Shown here piece after piece: positions 62,090 to 64,000 of a stretch of 64,000 nucleotides of DNA. Made by a program: the position numbers and the translations under genes. Under the pieces are notes generated by a model, which was not told the origin of the DNA, did not search any database, and saw only the letters and a program-made list of their open reading frames with translations. Origin of the DNA: Blepharisma stoltei ATCC 30299 (taxonomy: Eukaryota; Protista; Ciliophora); NCBI GenBank assembly GCA_965603825.1, contig CBFDEM010000053.1, positions 186,001 to 250,000 of the forward strand, read 5' to 3'. Positions within the stretch are counted from its first letter, which is position 1. Each line of letters starts with the position of its first letter.

Positions 62090-62182
62090 TATAAAAATTG
62101 CCTTTGAGTAGCGCGCTAAGCGCCCGAGACTTCCCGACGAAGTCTCAGGCGCCTAGCGCGCTACTCAAAGGCAATTTCTATA
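62090..62182. repeat. 93-bp GC-rich, TA-bounded near-perfect palindrome (44-bp arms, 3 mismatches, 5-nt loop)
   Basis: tataaaaattgcctttgagtagcgcgctaagcgcccgagacttc-ccgac-gaagtctcaggcgcctagcgcgctactcaaaggcaatttctata. Confidence 0.97.
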
Positions 62183-62504
62183 GCATTGGACAGTTGTAAA
62201 ATTATGTCAGCTATTTTTTTAAGGTTTGATCAGAGATTTGAAGCTACTTTGATTAATTGGAAAATCCCATTTTTTCATCTGTTATTTGTTGAAAACTAAA
62301 GATAACTTAGGAAGCCATTAGTTCAGGATAATAAAGTAAAAGCATTATTTCAATTCCTAAATCTTGAGAATCCTTGCTAAAGTTTTTTATTATATTTTTT
62401 TATGTATTTTCTTCTCAATACATTACAAAAAAACTTCTTTAACTCTTTTAATCTTCCAGGGAATTGCCAGGAGTCATTATGGAATCTGAATTTATATAGG
62501 TTTT

Positions 62505-62861
62505 ATCTCTGCGACTTGGTCTATATAAATTCTTTGCTTTAATTAAGTTCACAATTTTTAGGGGTATTATTTGAGTTTCCATTCTTCTTTTAGTGAATTT
62601 ATTAGTAAGGACGATTCCTTGTTTCCTGGGGATCCTTGGGAGGAGAATGAGAATGCGAGCTCCATTGAGAAAACTTAACGAAAAATTAATTTAATTAATG
62701 GTGAAATCTATGATCATTTTTAGTTATAACTGATTATTGATTCTTAAGTCCAGTTTTGACCTTTTTAATTTGTTTTTTGATTCTAAAATCAATAATAATT
62801 TTACACAATTCTGACCTATTATTTTTTATCAAAGTCAATAGACTTTAATAAGGATGTAATT
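62505..62861 (-). pseudogene. Decayed tandem copy of the 5' part and promoter of the 60822-61673 gene
   Basis: 62590-62759 aligns to 61596-61770 (e.g. cctggggatccttggg...ctccattgagaaa.cttaacgaaaaattaatttaatta) with indels; copy ATG 62663-62665 reaches TAA after ~32 codons; patchy similarity may extend to ~62230. Confidence 0.85.
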
Positions 62862-62980
62862 AAGGTGGTCCAAGAAGTTGATTCACATATAAGAAACTTC
62901 CTTATTTCATCAACTTTGAGCCAATACTTTGCATTAAAAATGTCGCTTTTGGGATACAGCTTGGACAATTTTATAAAATA

Positions 62981-64000
62981 ATGGCGTCTGGCAGAATTTT
63001 CAATTTCTCAGCTGGTCCTTCTATGCTCCCAGTAGAAATCCTAGAGCAAGCTCAAGCCGATGTTATAAACTGGCATGGGACTGGAATGAGTGTCATGGAA
63101 ATGTCTCACAGATCAAAACCTTTTGAATCCATCCACAAGAAATGCATTCAAGATCTTAGAGACCTTCTCAACATCCCTCCAAACTTCAAGGTCCTCTTAA
63201 TGCAAGGAGGCGGATCAACCCAATTTGCTTGCGTCCCACTAAACCTTCTCAAAGATAAAGAGACTGCAAACTACCTCACTACTGGAGCTTGGTCCACAAA
63301 GGCCATTGAAGAAGCAAGAAAATATTGCAGAGCTCACGAAGTCGCAACTTCCAAGTCTACCAATTTCACAACCATCCCAGACCCTAGCACTTGGAACGTA
63401 GATCCAAACGGAGCTTACTTCCATTACTGTGCAAATGAGACAATTCACGGTGTCGAGTTTACTTTGACTCAAGAAATGCTGGACAGAATTGGCGAGGTTC
63501 CAATTGTAGCTGATATGTCTTCAAACTTTTTAAGTAAGCCAATTGACTTTTCTAAGCACGCTGTAGTATATGCAGGCGCCCAAAAGAATGCTGGCCCTGC
63601 AGGCGTCACTTTTGTGATTGCTCGTGAAGATATGTTAGGACATGCCAAGAATATCACCCCAACTATGTTGGACTGGAAAACCCAAGCTGATAACGATTCC
63701 ATGTACAATACCCCACCATGCTATGCAATTTATATCTGTGGACTTTACTTTGATTACATGAAGAGACATGGAGGAATTGAAGCAGTTCAAGAACTTGATA
63801 GACAAAAAGCAGCAATTCTTTATGATTTGTTTGATAGCTCCAATGGATTCTATACAAATCCAGTCAATCCTCAGTATAGGTCAAAGATGAACGTACCTTT
63901 CTTAATCAAAGGAGGAAATGTGGATTTGGAAAAGAAGTTTTTGGCAGAAGCTGAAGCTGTTGGGCTATCAACATTGGCTGGTCATCGCTCAGTAGGAGGG
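62981..64000 (+). CDS. PSAT1: Phosphoserine aminotransferase (3'-truncated by window)
   Basis: FNFSAGPSMLP, GMSVMEMSHRS, NETIHGVEF, DMSS, YAGAQKNAGPAG, SMYNTPP, RSKMNVPF, GHRSVGG. Confidence 0.96.
   Translation, partial: MASGRIFNFSAGPSMLPVEILEQAQADVINWHGTGMSVMEMSHRSKPFESIHKKCIQDLRDLLNIPPNFKVLLMQGGGSTQFACVPLNLLKDKETANYLTTGAWSTKAIEEARKYCRAHEVATSKSTNFTTIPDPSTWNVDPNGAYFHYCANETIHGVEFTLTQEMLDRIGEVPIVADMSSNFLSKPIDFSKHAVVYAGAQKNAGPAGVTFVIAREDMLGHAKNITPTMLDWKTQADNDSMYNTPPCYAIYICGLYFDYMKRHGGIEAVQELDRQKAAILYDLFDSSNGFYTNPVNPQYRSKMNVPFLIKGGNVDLEKKFLAEAEAVGLSTLAGHRSVGG

Noticed and set aside
62090-62182. Palindrome as tRNA, CRISPR repeat or rho-independent terminator
   Set aside because: Single long stem with no cloverleaf, no repeat-spacer array, eukaryotic context
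1-64000. tRNA/rRNA genes, telomeric repeats, transposase or integrase ORFs
   Set aside because: None recognised by eye; short divergent RNAs could have been missed

Overview
AT-rich, gene-dense eukaryotic DNA, most consistent with a heterotrich ciliate macronuclear genome (Blepharisma-like). In-frame TGA is read as Trp: it aligns with TGG/conserved Trp in paralogues and protein families. Only TAA/TAG terminate genes, and introns are 15-16 nt (GT...A at -6...AG). The standard-code ORF track therefore fragments most genes. Re-read with UGA=Trp and tiny introns, the window holds about 33 protein genes. These are: an Spt6 C-terminus with a CCHC/WG tail, two tandem TM-RING paralogues, LMBRD2-like, ankyrin, PCD-like, a membrane PDE, a large EF-hand/coiled-coil protein, PKA-C, three tandem P2C (Na/K-type) ATPase genes (one actuator-only), HIBCH with PTS2, an HSL lipase, ORC3-like, Kv-beta/AKR, SEL1, a PAS-TM protein, NDC80, a degenerate CDF, DUF924, TK1, CK1, a tandem Venus-flytrap multi-TM receptor, TMEM39, claudin-like, Ubl-Tudor, PIKfyve/Fab1, SIAH-like, PSAT and several hypotheticals. 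The most striking non-coding element is a 93-bp GC-rich, TA-bounded near-perfect palindrome (62090-62182) lying between a gene and its decayed tandem copy. All calls are by eye and motif recall; no searches were run.
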